Assembly (NCBI GenBank): GCA_001599295.1
Contig: BCGN01000002.1
Coordinates: 868,001-932,000, forward strand
DNA: 64,000 nucleotides
Direction of reading: 5' to 3'
Origin: Sporopachydermia quercuum
Lineage: Eukaryota
Below the pieces are notes generated by a model. The model saw nothing but the letters and a program-made list of their open reading frames with translations. It searched no databases and had not been told where the DNA came from. Below, piece after piece: positions 49,861-62,492 of the stretch. Within the stretch, counting starts at the first letter, position 1. Every line of letters begins with the position of its first letter. Position numbers and translations under genes: made by a program.

Positions 49861-52800
49861 ATGGGTAAAGAAGATTATTTGACCGAGGAAAATCTTAATC
49901 ATCAAGTAACAGGGGGAACTATTGAAAGTTCAGAGAATTCAAAAGATTTGAGCATGTCAGAAGAATCAACGGAATCCGCTGTGATGGAGAAAGGCAATGG
50001 AGTTGAAGATGCGAATGAGAATGAGAATAAGAACCANCCCGTTATCTCTCCAAAACATGAAAAGAATGTAACAGTATTTCATGAAGACCTTGAGGGAGAT
50101 AAATTTGCTAATCTTCCCGAGAATGAAGCAAGAATTCTTCGGGGACAAGTTGAAGAACCGAAACATAGTATAAATTTCTTTACTTTGTATCGATATCGTT
50201 CTAATAGAGAAGTAATCTACTTGATTTTGGGATTCATTGCCTCAATTGCTGGTGGTGTTTTATTACCTCTAACTACTATTGTTGTTGGTAACATGACCCA
50301 GGATTTTACTGAGTTCTTCGTCGGTGGTGGATCTGCTTCCAAGTTTGAGCATGCTGTTAGTAAGAACGCTTTATTTTTTGTTTATATTGGTATTGGTTTA
50401 TTCGTTGCCAATTTTTTCCATACGCTTTTCCACTCAGTGGTTGGTGAAGTTTTAACTGGTAGAATTAGAACCAATTATCTTTATGCCATTTTACATCAAA
50501 ATGTAGCTTATTTTGATAACATAGGAGTTGGTGAAATTACTGAACGAATTACTACTGATACTAATTTGATTCAAGATGGTATTAGTGATAAAGTTGGTGT
50601 TATTGCTGAATCTTTAACCCAATTTATTACGGCATTCGTCATTGGCTTTATCAAAGGTTGGAAGCTTACGCTAATTCTTCTTAGCGGTCTGTTTTGTATT
50701 ATGATTGGGATGTTTGGTGGCTCTGCGTTTATCGTTAAATATGTTAAGCTGAGTTTGGGCTACTATGCTCAAGCATCTACTATTGCAGAAGAGATTTTCT
50801 CTTCAATCAGGAACGTTGTTGCTTTTGGATCTCAAGAGCGCTTGAAAGTAACTTATGACGTCAAGGTTATTGATGCCAGAAATGCAGCTTACCGTAAAGG
50901 GATCTCACTTGCAGGTATGGTCGCTACTATCTGGGGTTGTTTATATTTAATGTATGCTCTTGCTTTTTGGGAAGGCTCTAGACTAGTTCTATGGGGTGAA
51001 ATGAATCTTGGTGATCTTGTAACATGTATCTTTGCTTCTGTTATTGGTTCATTATCCTTAGGTACAGCTGCTCCTCATATCCAAAATATTGCTGAAGCTG
51101 TAGGAGCAGGTGCTAAGATTTTTGCAACTATTGATCGTGCTCCTTATATTGATGCTGACGGCAAAGATGAGAATGCCGTTATTCTCGATGATATTGAAGG
51201 NCACATTGTTCTAGATCATGTTAAGGCTATTTATCCGTCTAGACCTGATTCTATTGTTTTACATGATATGTGTTTAGATATCAAACCTGGTCACACTGTT
51301 GCACTGGTTGGAGCATCGGGTTCTGGTAAATCCACAATCATTGGTTTATTAGAAAGGTTTTATGATCATGTTGGTGGCTCTATTTATATCGATGGTCATG
51401 ATATTCGTACATTAAATGTGAAATGGTTAAGAAGACAAATTGCTCTTGTTTCTCAGGAACCAGTTTTATTTTCTTGTTCTTTGAGAGAAAATATCGAATA
51501 TGGTCTGATAGGAACGTCTTATGAGAATGCCTCTGAAGAAAAGAAAGACGAACTGATTATTGCTGCATGTAAAGAAGCTAATGCTTGGGATTTCATTCAG
51601 GAGATGACAGATGGTTTGGAAACAAATGTGGGTGAACGAGGTTTCCTACTGTCAGGTGGTCAAAAACAAAGAATTGCTATAGCAAGAGCTATCGTTTCCC
51701 AACCTAAGATTCTTTTACTTGATGAAGCTACATCTGCTCTCGATACACGTTCTGAAGGAATTGTTCAGGATGCTTTAGATAAGGCTTCAAAGTNCAGGAC
51801 TACAATTGTTATTGCCCATAGATTAAGTACGATTAAGGATGCCGATATGATCGTTGTTATGTCTAAAGGTGAGATTGTTGAAAAAGGCACTCATCATGAA
51901 TTACTGGCTAAAGGTGGAATGTACCACAGTCTCGTCATAGCTCAAACCATCAAGAAAGCAGAATCTAATGACGATGATTTAACATCCGAAAATGGTCGGG
52001 ACAGCGAGGCACCCCATGACATCACTTCCGCTGGACAATCTGCAGTGGATCCTAATTTAATTAGAGTAGCAACTTCTCAATCTATTTCTGCTAAAGCTTT
52101 AGAAGCAAGGTCTGTTATTGAGTCAACAAAAGCACCTTCATTGATAGCATCAGCTAGATTCTTACTTAAATTCAATCAACCTGAAAAGAAGCTTTTAATT
52201 CTTGGTCTCTGTATTTCTATTATTACTGGTGGTGGATATCCCACTCTTGCTGTATTGTTCTCTAAGATTATTATGTCTTTCCAAGTACCTCCTGATGAAT
52301 ATGATCATATGAGGTCAGAGGTTAATATGTATTCAGGTTTTCTTTTTATGTTGGCTATTATTTCTATTATCGCTTATTTGTGTTTAATCTCTACCATGTC
52401 ATATACTACAGAAAAACTTGTTTGGAGAATCCGTGTGAGGTCATTAGAACAATTGATGCGACAAGATATTGAATTCTTTGATAAGGATGAAAACTCTACT
52501 GGTGCATTAACTTCTACTTTAGCTAAAGATGCTCAAGATATTGAAGGTTTAGGTGGTGGTACTATGAGTCAAATTTTAAGTTGTGTTGTTACTCTATTTG
52601 GTGGTATGATTGTTGCAATTTCGATCAACTGGCGTCTTGGATTAATTTGTGCTGCATGTGTACCTTTACTTGTAGGTTGTGGTTTCCTTAGAGTTTGGGT
52701 TATTAATAACTCTGTGGAAAGGAACAAAAAAGCTTACAAAAATAGTGCTGCTTATGCTTGTGAAGCTACATCTTCTTTGCGTACAGTGGCTTCTCTGACG

Positions 52801-53907
52801 CGTGAAAACGGTGTGTGGGAAGATTACAGTAGAAAAATCAATGCTCAAGTTAAAGCCTCACTTCTACAGTATGTCAAATCTGCTCTACTGTTTGGAGCAG
52901 CTCAGGGTATAGTTCCATGGATTATGGCTTTAGCGTTTTGGTATGGTGGTAGACAATTAAGAATTGGACAAATCACACCATTTCAATTTTATGTGGCATT
53001 GGTTGCTGTAATTTTTGGTGCTCAAGTTGCTGGTTCAGTTTTCAGTTACGCTCCTGGAATGGGCAAGGCCAGACAAGCTACATCAAACTTATATAAGCTA
53101 TTCCAACTTACCCCTAAAATCGATACTTGGTCAGAAGAGGGAGAAAAGGTTGAAGTGGATGAAGTTCATGGCCACATTGAATTTAAGAATGTTCATTTCA
53201 GATATCCCACTAGACCTCAGGTTCCAGTTTTAAGAGGATTGAATCTTTCGGTTAAGAAAGGTCAATATGTTGGCTTGGTAGGATCGTCAGGTTGCGGTAA
53301 GAGTACAACTATCAGTTTAGTTGAACGATTCTATGATCCTTTGGCTGGAAGTGTTGAATTAGATGGTGTCGACATCAGAGAGATCAATGTTAATAGCTAC
53401 AGAAATTGTGTTGCACTGGTGCAGCAAGAACCTATGCTATACTCAGGAACAATCAAAGAAAACATAGTGATGGGAGTTAATAGAGAAGTTAGCGAAGAAG
53501 AACTAATAGAAACTTGTAAGAAGGCTAATATTCATGAATTCATTCTGTCTTTGCCTGATGGTTATGATACTCTTTGTGGAAGTAAAGGTTCTTTGCTTTC
53601 TGGTGGTCAAAAGCAAAGAGTAGCCATTGCTAGAGCTTTGGTTAGGAATCCTAAGATTTTGCTTCTTGATGAAGCAACATCAGCTTTGGATTCTGAATCT
53701 GAGAAGGTCGTTCAGAAAGCATTGGACGAAGCCGCTAAAGGTAGAACAACGATTGCTGTTGCTCATAGATTGAGTACAATTCAAAATGCTGATGTTATAT
53801 ATGTTTTTGAAGATGGTAAAATCGTTGAGCAGGGAATGCACAACGACCTGATGAAGATGAAAGGACGATATTATGAAATGGTCAGACTACAAGCCATTGA
53901 AGGTTAA
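49861..53907 (+). CDS. Full-length ABCB (MDR/P-glycoprotein-type) multidrug transporter
   Basis: TMD-NBD-TMD-NBD topology. Both NBDs are intact (GASGSGKST / [28 protein letters not shown]). Confidence 0.95.
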   Translation: MGKEDYLTEENLNHQVTGGTIESSENSKDLSMSEESTESAVMEKGNGVEDANENENKNXPVISPKHEKNVTVFHEDLEGDKFANLPENEARILRGQVEEPKHSINFFTLYRYRSNREVIYLILGFIASIAGGVLLPLTTIVVGNMTQDFTEFFVGGGSASKFEHAVSKNALFFVYIGIGLFVANFFHTLFHSVVGEVLTGRIRTNYLYAILHQNVAYFDNIGVGEITERITTDTNLIQDGISDKVGVIAESLTQFITAFVIGFIKGWKLTLILLSGLFCIMIGMFGGSAFIVKYVKLSLGYYAQASTIAEEIFSSIRNVVAFGSQERLKVTYDVKVIDARNAAYRKGISLAGMVATIWGCLYLMYALAFWEGSRLVLWGEMNLGDLVTCIFASVIGSLSLGTAAPHIQNIAEAVGAGAKIFATIDRAPYIDADGKDENAVILDDIEXHIVLDHVKAIYPSRPDSIVLHDMCLDIKPGHTVALVGASGSGKSTIIGLLERFYDHVGGSIYIDGHDIRTLNVKWLRRQIALVSQEPVLFSCSLRENIEYGLIGTSYENASEEKKDELIIAACKEANAWDFIQEMTDGLETNVGERGFLLSGGQKQRIAIARAIVSQPKILLLDEATSALDTRSEGIVQDALDKASKXRTTIVIAHRLSTIKDADMIVVMSKGEIVEKGTHHELLAKGGMYHSLVIAQTIKKAESNDDDLTSENGRDSEAPHDITSAGQSAVDPNLIRVATSQSISAKALEARSVIESTKAPSLIASARFLLKFNQPEKKLLILGLCISIITGGGYPTLAVLFSKIIMSFQVPPDEYDHMRSEVNMYSGFLFMLAIISIIAYLCLISTMSYTTEKLVWRIRVRSLEQLMRQDIEFFDKDENSTGALTSTLAKDAQDIEGLGGGTMSQILSCVVTLFGGMIVAISINWRLGLICAACVPLLVGCGFLRVWVINNSVERNKKAYKNSAAYACEATSSLRTVASLTRENGVWEDYSRKINAQVKASLLQYVKSALLFGAAQGIVPWIMALAFWYGGRQLRIGQITPFQFYVALVAVIFGAQVAGSVFSYAPGMGKARQATSNLYKLFQLTPKIDTWSEEGEKVEVDEVHGHIEFKNVHFRYPTRPQVPVLRGLNLSVKKGQYVGLVGSSGCGKSTTISLVERFYDPLAGSVELDGVDIREINVNSYRNCVALVQQEPMLYSGTIKENIVMGVNREVSEEELIETCKKANIHEFILSLPDGYDTLCGSKGSLLSGGQKQRVAIARALVRNPKILLLDEATSALDSESEKVVQKALDEAAKGRTTIAVAHRLSTIQNADVIYVFEDGKIVEQGMHNDLMKMKGRYYEMVRLQAIEG

Positions 53908-54706
53908 ATCAAGCATTTTCATTTTAACTTTCTGTATATAGATTTCAAAGCATAGTATAGGTTTTTATTGCTATTTTATAAATAGTTGGTGATGATCAAA
54001 AGCTGTTATGAGTGTTTTCAACGTAATGATTATAATGTAGATCATATTAGATAGACCTATTACAATTTATTTGAAAAAGAGATAAAGTTCAANTGGTTCT
54101 GCAGGATAACGCAGGAACTTTCAAACGTTAAATGCTGTCAACCTAAACTTTAAGTATTATTATTGCTCCTCATTTGTTTCTTCCCTATCATCAAAACACG
54201 ACAATTAACATACAACAAATACGAGATATTCAGGTGTGATAATATAAATTTGGCTTAATATTATTTACGAAAGGGCAAGCAGTACAAAACTTGCTATAGA
54301 GAGTATGTATATATTTGTATATTTATATGTTTGCAGATATCCTAGTGGAGATTCTATCCAGTCAGTATAAAAATGATGACGTAAAAAACAATTCATCCCT
54401 TTTCACCTGATCACCATGCCCTGTTCTTCTGATGATGGAACAATGACATATTCTATTAACTAATCGTTAAGAAAAGGTATTGAAGAAGGCCATTTAACTT
54501 TCAAGCAACTTAATCAGCTTTTGCTTTCGACTGTAAGTTGAGTTAGATTCATAACTATCAATTGTGCATAGGTTCATCATAATACATTTGAGAGCTAAGA
54601 GCTGGAAAGTATCTGACGATTAACATTGTACNAGATATACAATAAGACCATCAAGAATTAATAGCTGCTCAGAGTTGGTCGATTTTTCTTAAGACGNCCT
54701 GTTATC

Positions 54707-55309
54707 ATGTGTTTCTTTTTTATTATTGGATGTAAGTATTAAATTGTCAGCGAATAAAGCACGTTTGCTTATTTGAAGAGATTTTAGATATACGGTATGA
54801 GTGCTAGATAGATAACTGTTTCCCATTTCTATTCTCATTCTCGTCCTCATTCTTATCACCTCTATTATCGTTTGCTATTCTAACAATTTTACTAGCTACC
54901 TCCTACAAATCTCCTATTGATGGGGTCAATGGCCGATATCAATGTCCTCACTGGTATGTTCGTTCATAAGCTACTGATCCCATTTGGGTTTTCATAGCCT
55001 TTTAAGGCCAGTACCTCACAACATATGAACTATACTAACCGTCTTATTTGCTGACTAAAGTCATAATATATCGGCAGCTCCAATGAAACGAAAAGACTTC
55101 ATAACATTATTTTGGGTTCCACTTATTCCAACCCATTGGGGCAAAGTAAGTCACTGATTATAAAATACATTCCAAACCAGTACACCAGCGGAGACTAACC
55201 GATCTCATTTTCACTTTAGGAACTNAGATGTAGTATCTGTAATTGGTCTCAAGAATTGAGTGATGATGAAGTAGAAAAAATGAAAGGACAACCACTTCAA
55301 ACAGTATAA
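54707..55309 (+). CDS. UPF0768/YBL029C-A-like zinc-ribbon protein, 4 exons, 85 aa
   Basis: Exons 54707-54731, 54896-54953, 55061-55145, 55220-55309. Spliced sequence MCFFFIIGSTSYKSPIDGVNGRYQCPHCHNISAAPMKRKDFITLFWVPLIPTHWGKELRCSICNWSQEL..., with two CxxC pairs. Absent from the ORF track. Confidence 0.88.
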
Positions 55310-55754
55310 ATTACTTGCGCTTAAATCACTTGAGTACTTGAATAGTTATTATGGTGAGTGTATATCATTATATTATATCCAACTACTTATTTATACGTTA
55401 TATAATACATATGACCGTTCAAACGAACGACCAAACTGGTTGCTGATGACATAGAAGTACATAGAAAACTCTGAATCAGAAATTATTGCCAATCCTGCCT
55501 CGATTTCAAGTTTCAAGTTTTAAGAAAAGATGATGCATGATGATCAATTGTGATCTGTAGAGGATCTCAGGTGAGAGACAAATGTCAAGAAAATCAATGG
55601 TACATATTGTTCTGATTAATGGAAACTAATGCAATAATCAAGAAAACAATCCAGTTACAACCTTGAAGATTCCACAAGATTATAAGTGAAATCAATAGTA
55701 GTACAGACAATTATAGTGCGGATTCGATAGATCGAAACCTAACGAGGACACCAT

Positions 55755-57950
55755 TCAGAGATGAACAGTTAAAACGTCATTTTGGCTGAACTGTTTATTG
55801 CAACTAGGACATCTTCTTTGTCTTACAGCAAGTCGTTCTCTGACACATTCTGAACAGAAAACATGGCCACACACTTTAATTGCAGTATCTTTCCAATTTT
55901 TAGAGCATAAGGAGCACATTGCTATTAATCTCAAAGCATCTACTTGTGCTTGATCAATTGTGCCATCAGCTGAATATCCAGTTCTACTAACACTTAATTG
56001 TTGCTTTGACTTCTCTAAATCAATCTCAAGATCTCTTTGTTTCTGATACGACAGTTTTAACTCACGATTTAACCCCTCGATTTGACCTTTGAGGGTTCCA
56101 ACCAATTTCTGCATTTCGATTACTTGAGTACGATCTCTGTCTATCCTTTCTATCATTTTCCGTTTATCTGATTCATACGCTTCTTGAATTTGTCTTAATT
56201 TCTTTAATTCATCTTGTAACACTTTCACTTTCTTTTCTTCCAGCTCATGTTTCTCTCTCAGAGTTTTGCCAACTTCTGAAGCAACCGTTACCTGTTTATT
56301 TAAATTTTTGATCAACTCTTTGTTTTGATCTAACTGTCTCATTGCTGTGTAGTATTTTGTCCAGTTTTTATCCTTCTCAGCAATTAATTGTTCAACTTGT
56401 TGAGCACGATCAATATCTCCAACCGATGATGCATATTCTTTTAGTTTCATGTACGCCTGTTCCATACTAGCTAGTTCATTTTCAAGTCTTTCCCTAATCT
56501 TATTGCTAGAAATAAGCCTTGCTTTACACGTTTCCAGTGTTATGTCACCAGGAATTTCGATTTCATTTGACGTGTTGTGAGAATTGGCATCCTTTTCACC
56601 TTGCTTATATAGCTTCACTTGCTCTTCTAGAGATACTAATCTTTCTTCTTGAATCTTTTGATACTGAATTGCTTCTTCAAGAACGTTTTCGCCCTTAAGC
56701 TTTGCCTGAAGTAATTTGACTTGACTTTCTAGATCATTTCTATTATTTCGAACTCTTGTGTAATTTGCATCAGCTTCTATCAGTCTTTTATTCAAATCGT
56801 TGATTTTCTTNTCACATTCAGTTATTAAGTTGACTTTGAATTCCTCTCTACTACCTTCTAGTTCGTAATTCAATTCTTTTAATGTGGCCTTTTCTTTTTC
56901 TAATTCAGTAACAGTTGCAGATAACTTCATCAGATTAGACTCTAACTCTTTGAAGATAGGGAACTCAGCTAAATCTTGAGGTTTTGGATTCGTTAGCTTG
57001 ATACCCAATTCAGTTGTTTCGTTACGTAGTTTCTCAAGCTCATTATCTTGATAAGATAATTGTTCTTTATACTTTGCTACCAAAGCGCTCAATTCTTCTA
57101 TTTCAGCCGTTGTAGCGCTTGAATTAGATGGCGATTTCGACTTCCCTTCAGTTGAGATAGCAGTTTTTGAATTACTCACAGAAGGACTATCATTTCTAGC
57201 ACCATCAGTTGCATTAGCATTATCATTCACTAGACTGGGAGCTACTTCACCATTAAAAACTCTTGCTAACGTTTTACTAGATTTTCTGTTTTTCTCCTTC
57301 ACCAGTGCTTGGATTTGAATATTAGCACTCTTCAGAGCTTCATCTAGTAATGAGTATTTATCTTCCAAGGTCTCTTTTTCCACTCGTAGTCGACTGTAAT
57401 CATCTGATAATTTATTGAAACTTTCTTGTATTTCTGAAATTTGAGGATTAGATTTCGTCACCACTTTACTGAAAAACTCAATGATTTTTTCTTTCTTATT
57501 TTGCAAAGCTTCTTCAAACTCCGACAGTTTGATCTCATCATCACTACCTTCCTTGGTATTAATCAGTACAGGTAAATCAACCAATGCCATAATATCAATT
57601 CCAGTTTTGATTGAAGCACTAGAATAATCACTACTTAACTTCCGCAAAATATTATTCCACCATTCATCAATTGCATGTGAGCATTTTATACAGTTATCTA
57701 AGGAGGATTGGACTTTACTAAGCATGACTTCCAACCTATCTTTTTCTCTCCTGTGTGCAACCATTTGCCGGTAAATGGCTTCTTTTTGAAAATATACTAC
57801 ATCTTCTTGACTCAGAGGACCTTCCTTTGTTAAAGAATCCAGAGGAACTTCACTCTTAACTAAATCTGATCCATTTGTATGAGGTTTCTTGTTGGGACCA
57901 TCAGAATCACCTAAACTTGAGGTTCTTTTCCTATCAACACTTGTAGTCAT
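55755..57950 (-). CDS. BRE1: E3 ubiquitin ligase Bre1 (histone H2B)
   Basis: PLSQEDVVYFQKEAIYRQM, long coiled coil, C-terminal C3HC4 RING CSLC..CGHVFC..C..R.RRCPSC. Confidence 0.95.
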   Translation of the reverse strand: MTTSVDRKRTSSLGDSDGPNKKPHTNGSDLVKSEVPLDSLTKEGPLSQEDVVYFQKEAIYRQMVAHRREKDRLEVMLSKVQSSLDNCIKCSHAIDEWWNNILRKLSSDYSSASIKTGIDIMALVDLPVLINTKEGSDDEIKLSEFEEALQNKKEKIIEFFSKVVTKSNPQISEIQESFNKLSDDYSRLRVEKETLEDKYSLLDEALKSANIQIQALVKEKNRKSSKTLARVFNGEVAPSLVNDNANATDGARNDSPSVSNSKTAISTEGKSKSPSNSSATTAEIEELSALVAKYKEQLSYQDNELEKLRNETTELGIKLTNPKPQDLAEFPIFKELESNLMKLSATVTELEKEKATLKELNYELEGSREEFKVNLITECXKKINDLNKRLIEADANYTRVRNNRNDLESQVKLLQAKLKGENVLEEAIQYQKIQEERLVSLEEQVKLYKQGEKDANSHNTSNEIEIPGDITLETCKARLISSNKIRERLENELASMEQAYMKLKEYASSVGDIDRAQQVEQLIAEKDKNWTKYYTAMRQLDQNKELIKNLNKQVTVASEVGKTLREKHELEEKKVKVLQDELKKLRQIQEAYESDKRKMIERIDRDRTQVIEMQKLVGTLKGQIEGLNRELKLSYQKQRDLEIDLEKSKQQLSVSRTGYSADGTIDQAQVDALRLIAMCSLCSKNWKDTAIKVCGHVFCSECVRERLAVRQRRCPSCNKQFSQNDVLTVHL

Positions 57951-58960
57951 TGTTGCACTGAGCTTTGTATAAATCGAAAACTATTAGCAGTCATCAGATT
58001 TAGTATACTTTTTACGCAAGCAGGATCAATCACTGGGAATCGCTCTATTTTCAAGTGAAGAAGAAAAATATAGCCAGAGATAAGGAGATATCGCAGAACG
58101 GGGTGGGAAGATGAACATACACGCTCTTCCTAATGAGATATGATCAGCTCAAGCTAGTTTGAACTTCCTCTGTAACAAACGCCAACTCCCTTTTAGAAAT
58201 TCAAGATATAGCCGTTGTAGCCGTAGTGACGGTAGTAATAATACTTCAGATTTTGTTAAATTATTGCTTAAATTAGTCTGAAAATAACTAACATTTGACG
58301 ACCGGTTACAATGAGTAATTGTATATCTTATGCATCAAAACGTTTGGTTTTGAAGATAGTTACAACTACGATGATAAAACACTCTTAAAACTAATGAGTT
58401 AATAATTTAGTTTCTTTTAGAATTCAACCAAATATTCATAAAATCAAATATACTTTCCTAGCTGTGGTATTCATTCAGCGCAGCTCACTAGTATTATCAA
58501 TTTGAAGACAGTATTTTTTTTTAGTCTTGAATTCCTGAATTTTCCTTTCATTTANAAGGTGAAGAGCTGAACTCGCAATAAAATGACTGGAGCAAGGGTG
58601 TTGATTTAGGAGATTATAAATGGAAATTACGGAAATAATATGAAATTTGCGCAAATAAAGGAAATCATGACAGTAACCGAGAGTGGGTTTACGAGAGATC
58701 TTAATGAATGGTGATATATAAGAAGATTATGAATATTTGTGAAATACTTTAATAGATAGAAGTTAGAAAACTGGGCGATCAAGAATACAATTTATTGTAG
58801 GAAATATATTCTCAAATAATAATAGAGGAATGATGCTTCCATTGTATTAATGATTATAGAGATATGAATGTATACACAGGCTAAAAAAAGAAGGCAAATA
58901 GATAACCAATACTATAGCTTGAAGCCATTTGAAACTATCAAACAGGAGGAGTAAATGAAG

Positions 58961-59694
58961 TTACAAGAATTCTTTTGCCTTCTTTCTATAAACATTACAA
59001 TCACGTAACCATTGTTTATAGGCTTTGAGAGAAGATATTTTCTCACCGTAGTAATCAGGAACAGGATTGTTCAAAGATTGATATCTAGGATCAACACGGT
59101 TCAATTTGATGTGATTTAGATAATCCAAGTTTTTCTAGACATACTGTTAGTATCAGATATCGTAAACTCCATTCAGAATCAAAATAACAATCTGAATTTG
59201 CAAAGAAGGCAACTTACAGCTTTGAAATATGGTAACCTATTTCTGTAAAATAAGGCAAATAAACCAGAAGAGAACAATCCACCGGACAAATAGCCTATGC
59301 CACCGGCAAATATGATTCCTAAAATGCTAGCCATAATAGGGTCCATACCAAGAATTGTTTGAGTTGCATCGATATTGAGATTAACCACATAGACAGACCC
59401 AGCCATCATACCACCAATACCAGTGAAGATGGATGTTATCAAATCAAGATTTCGTCTTCTACCGTTAATCTTAAGGAAGTCTTCCCAAGTCATCTTCCTT
59501 GCAAGCTCCTTCTGCTCAGGAGTTAAAGGAATCGGTGCAGTTGATGTAGGATCCATTTGATGTGTTGTTGGGTTTTGAAAAGTAGTTGCGGTCATATGAA
59601 TTGGTCGTGTGGCCAAATATAATGGCCTAAGGGTTCTGGCCCCTAATCTCAACCCAAGTCGAGATGTCGATGGAAACAATGTTATTAGTGTCAT
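58961..59694 (-). CDS. PAM17: Mitochondrial presequence translocase motor subunit Pam17, 2 exons, 216 aa
   Basis: Exons 59694-59218 and 59134-58961; intron GTAAGT..TACTAAC..TAG. Exon 2 has [29 protein letters not shown]. Confidence 0.93.
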
Positions 59695-60745
59695 TATATA
59701 GTCTAGTATCTAATACTAGTCAGTTTCAAATGACCGATGCAAATCTAAACAATAATGTAGTCACCACTCGATCACTTTCTTTATGGCTTTAACTCGCTAT
59801 TCAATACTTTATAGGTACTATGGTGAGTTCTTCTTATTATGTACTTTTAAATAGAAGTTTGATGAGTTAAACCGTTAAACCATTTACTTAAAAAGTCAGT
59901 CACCGAACTGGATAGAAAGACAGTCGGACACACAAGATTGTCTCGAAATAAAATCTGACATTCATCACCTAACAATGTCATGAAATGCTTATTACAAGAG
60001 AGCGAGAGAACTTCCTCATCAATTATCTTATATAATTATAAAGAAGAAAATCAACAATATATAATAGGATCAGATAATCTTTCATCTTTTTTTTTTTTCT
60101 TCATATTACATACAGTAAGTAGTACAGCGGAAGTATATAGCTTTAAGCGGAATATACCAATATGTCAGGATTTACTGAGTACAGAATTTGTCCAACAAAG
60201 TCAAGTATTCTATAATGTGCAATGTCCGAAAAAAAGTCAGAATCAAATTATTAGCAAAGAACTCATACAGGAAAGTACGGAAAAAATGTAAACGACGAGT
60301 CTCACTCCACAGCGGAAAAGGGAAAAGTGGCAGAAGCCAAATCTTTGGAGCGGTCATATGACTAGTACTCAATTGATAACAAGGAAGTACATAACAAATG
60401 CGATAGAAGAAAAAATGAAGAGGATCACTTGGAGTATATAATATTATCAGGAACTAATACTATGCGATAGAAATCACATTAGTGTTCATTAGTTATAATA
60501 AACTTTATAAGCTGATACTCAAAGTTCTGGTCATTAAATATTTGAAGAGCAACTGTGAACGTAAGTCAATGCAGAATACTTTGTTTAACTGAAAGATCAG
60601 TGAAGTTTGTTGCTGAAATTGTACAGCAGACTAATTTATATCAATGAAATATATTTTCCAGTTCAATACTCTTTAGCTTTGAAATGACGGTAATAAAAAG
60701 GCTGTCAATCCATATAGTATACAATGCGAGACATTCGTTGATCGA

Positions 60746-61960
60746 TTAATCAAGGTTATCATCAATTAAGGATGGTAAGTTATCAACAGATTCACCGTGG
60801 TAAATTATTTGATAAGTAGCTTCCAATAATGGGAAATCTTTTGTCATCTTTTTGTTCTCCAAAAATACATGAACTTCTTTGGCAGTGAAAATTCCTTGAG
60901 CGCTTTGGCCATTGAGTAATTCTTTTTCTAATTCAAAAACCGTTTTTTCGGGGTGTTGAGCAAAGGCTTTACCTATTCGAACATTTCTTCCACCTGCACA
61001 TGACGTGATCAAATCTGCAACACCAGCAGATTCCTCAGTAAAAGTTGAAACTTTACATTCATTAGGGAAAAATGTGGTACCAAATTTAACCATTTCTAAT
61101 AAACCTCTTCTCATAATAGCTGCTTTTGCATTATCACCCCAACCTTTGCCTTCTACCATTCCTGCAGCAATGGCCACAACGTTCTTAATAGCTCCAGCAA
61201 TTGAGATTCCTACCACATCATCGATAACTCGGACATGAAAGTATGGTCTGTGGAATAAGGTCTTCAAAACCTTCTTATCCAAATCACCCTCAAATGAATC
61301 TTCTGGAATATTGTAAGCAACCGTAGTTTCAGAGTACTTTTCTTGAGCAATTTCTGGTGCTAGATTTGCTCCCGATAAAGCACCACAGTAAATATTTAAA
61401 TGTTGACTAATATATGTGGACAATAGATTTACCTTATTAGCTTCAACATCCAAACCTTTCAAACATGAAATCGCTCTAGCTTTAGGATGAATACAATCTT
61501 TGTTATTGATCAAAGTATCAACAATTTTTTTCAAAAACTGATGAGGAATATTGAAAACCAAAATATTGCATCCTTTAACGGCTTCGGTTAATTCAGGAAC
61601 AGCGACCAAGTTCTTAGGCAATTTAATCCCTGGCAAATAACGAACATTCTCATGATCACGATTTATAATAGTAGTTAATGGTTCAGTCTTCGCTGGATTT
61701 GTATTAGGAATAGGCACTTGTTCTTCATATACCCACATCTTAACGATAGGATTAAACAATTCAGGATGTTCATTTGTATTTTCACTAATAACTTTTGCAA
61801 TTGTTGTTCCCCAATTTCCTGATCCTATTACGGAGATAGAAAATGGGTATTCTTTATTACTTCCTGATGTTGCATCCATCTTGAGTCTTCTGCTGGCAGA
61901 AGCTGTCGTGTGCTGAGCAATCTTCTGTAATCTGTTCAATGCTTGTGAGCGACTTGTCAT
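60746..61960 (-). CDS. GPD1: NAD-dependent glycerol-3-phosphate dehydrogenase
   Basis: VIGSGNWGTTIAK, HENVRYLPG, ALSGANLA.E, GWGDNAKAA, ESAGVADLITSCAGGRN. First ATG at 61960, second at 61879. Confidence 0.97.
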   Translation of the reverse strand: MTSRSQALNRLQKIAQHTTASASRRLKMDATSGSNKEYPFSISVIGSGNWGTTIAKVISENTNEHPELFNPIVKMWVYEEQVPIPNTNPAKTEPLTTIINRDHENVRYLPGIKLPKNLVAVPELTEAVKGCNILVFNIPHQFLKKIVDTLINNKDCIHPKARAISCLKGLDVEANKVNLLSTYISQHLNIYCGALSGANLAPEIAQEKYSETTVAYNIPEDSFEGDLDKKVLKTLFHRPYFHVRVIDDVVGISIAGAIKNVVAIAAGMVEGKGWGDNAKAAIMRRGLLEMVKFGTTFFPNECKVSTFTEESAGVADLITSCAGGRNVRIGKAFAQHPEKTVFELEKELLNGQSAQGIFTAKEVHVFLENKKMTKDFPLLEATYQIIYHGESVDNLPSLIDDNLD

Positions 61961-62471
61961 AGTAGAACCAATTTCAACTGTCAAACCAATGATTAAATAC
62001 AACTAAATGTGTTTCAAAACTTTCAAACCAAGTGAAANGAAAAGGATATAATGAAAGANAATATACACAACAAACTTTCTTCAAGGTATCTCTGATGCGA
62101 AATATGTGAATCGAGAATTATGTAGAAAATTCAATTTATCTTAAATGGAAACCAAATTCTCGTTAACTCAGAGAGGGCTGCTGATTGAAATTAGATTTGC
62201 CTTGGAGCTATTCATTCAAAGCTTAAGTTTGAAACGCAAGTTAAATAATCCGAAGTTTTTTCCGTTATAGGGACGTAATATAGGGGTAAGAGGATGTGAG
62301 ATGCTAAAAGAAGTTGAATATTTGAAAAGATAAGGATTTTATATTGGAAAAAGAAAGAGATGCCAGTGTTAGTTGTCAATGTTGGATTGAACTACAAAGA
62401 AAGAATGTACACTTTAGGTCATTTGGCTAGAGTTCTATAATATACAAAAGAATATGAATGCATCATAATAC

Positions 62472-62492
62472 ATATATATATATATATATATA
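62472..62492. repeat. (AT)10 microsatellite
   Basis: Read directly. Confidence 0.95.

Noticed and set aside
29563..51660. Alternative CUG decoding (Ser/Ala clades)
   Set aside because: CTG occurs at conserved Leu positions (cullin DSLLRK, LYS21 YELVR, ABC FLLSGGQ), and the tRNA-Ser has an ordinary AGA anticodon.
54373..54432. C/D-box snoRNA-like ATGATGA..CTGA (similar pairs near 22034 and 55538)
   Set aside because: No terminal stem and no guide that I could match to rRNA; such boxes are frequent in AT-rich DNA.
55198..55240. U2 snRNA-like TGTAGTATCTGT
   Set aside because: Explained as the intron end plus the codons for CSIC in the zinc-ribbon gene; U2 stem I is absent.
57958..58120. 5'UTR intron of BRE1
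   Set aside because: A GTATGT donor is present, but the branch and acceptor assignment is ambiguous; not supportable without RNA data.
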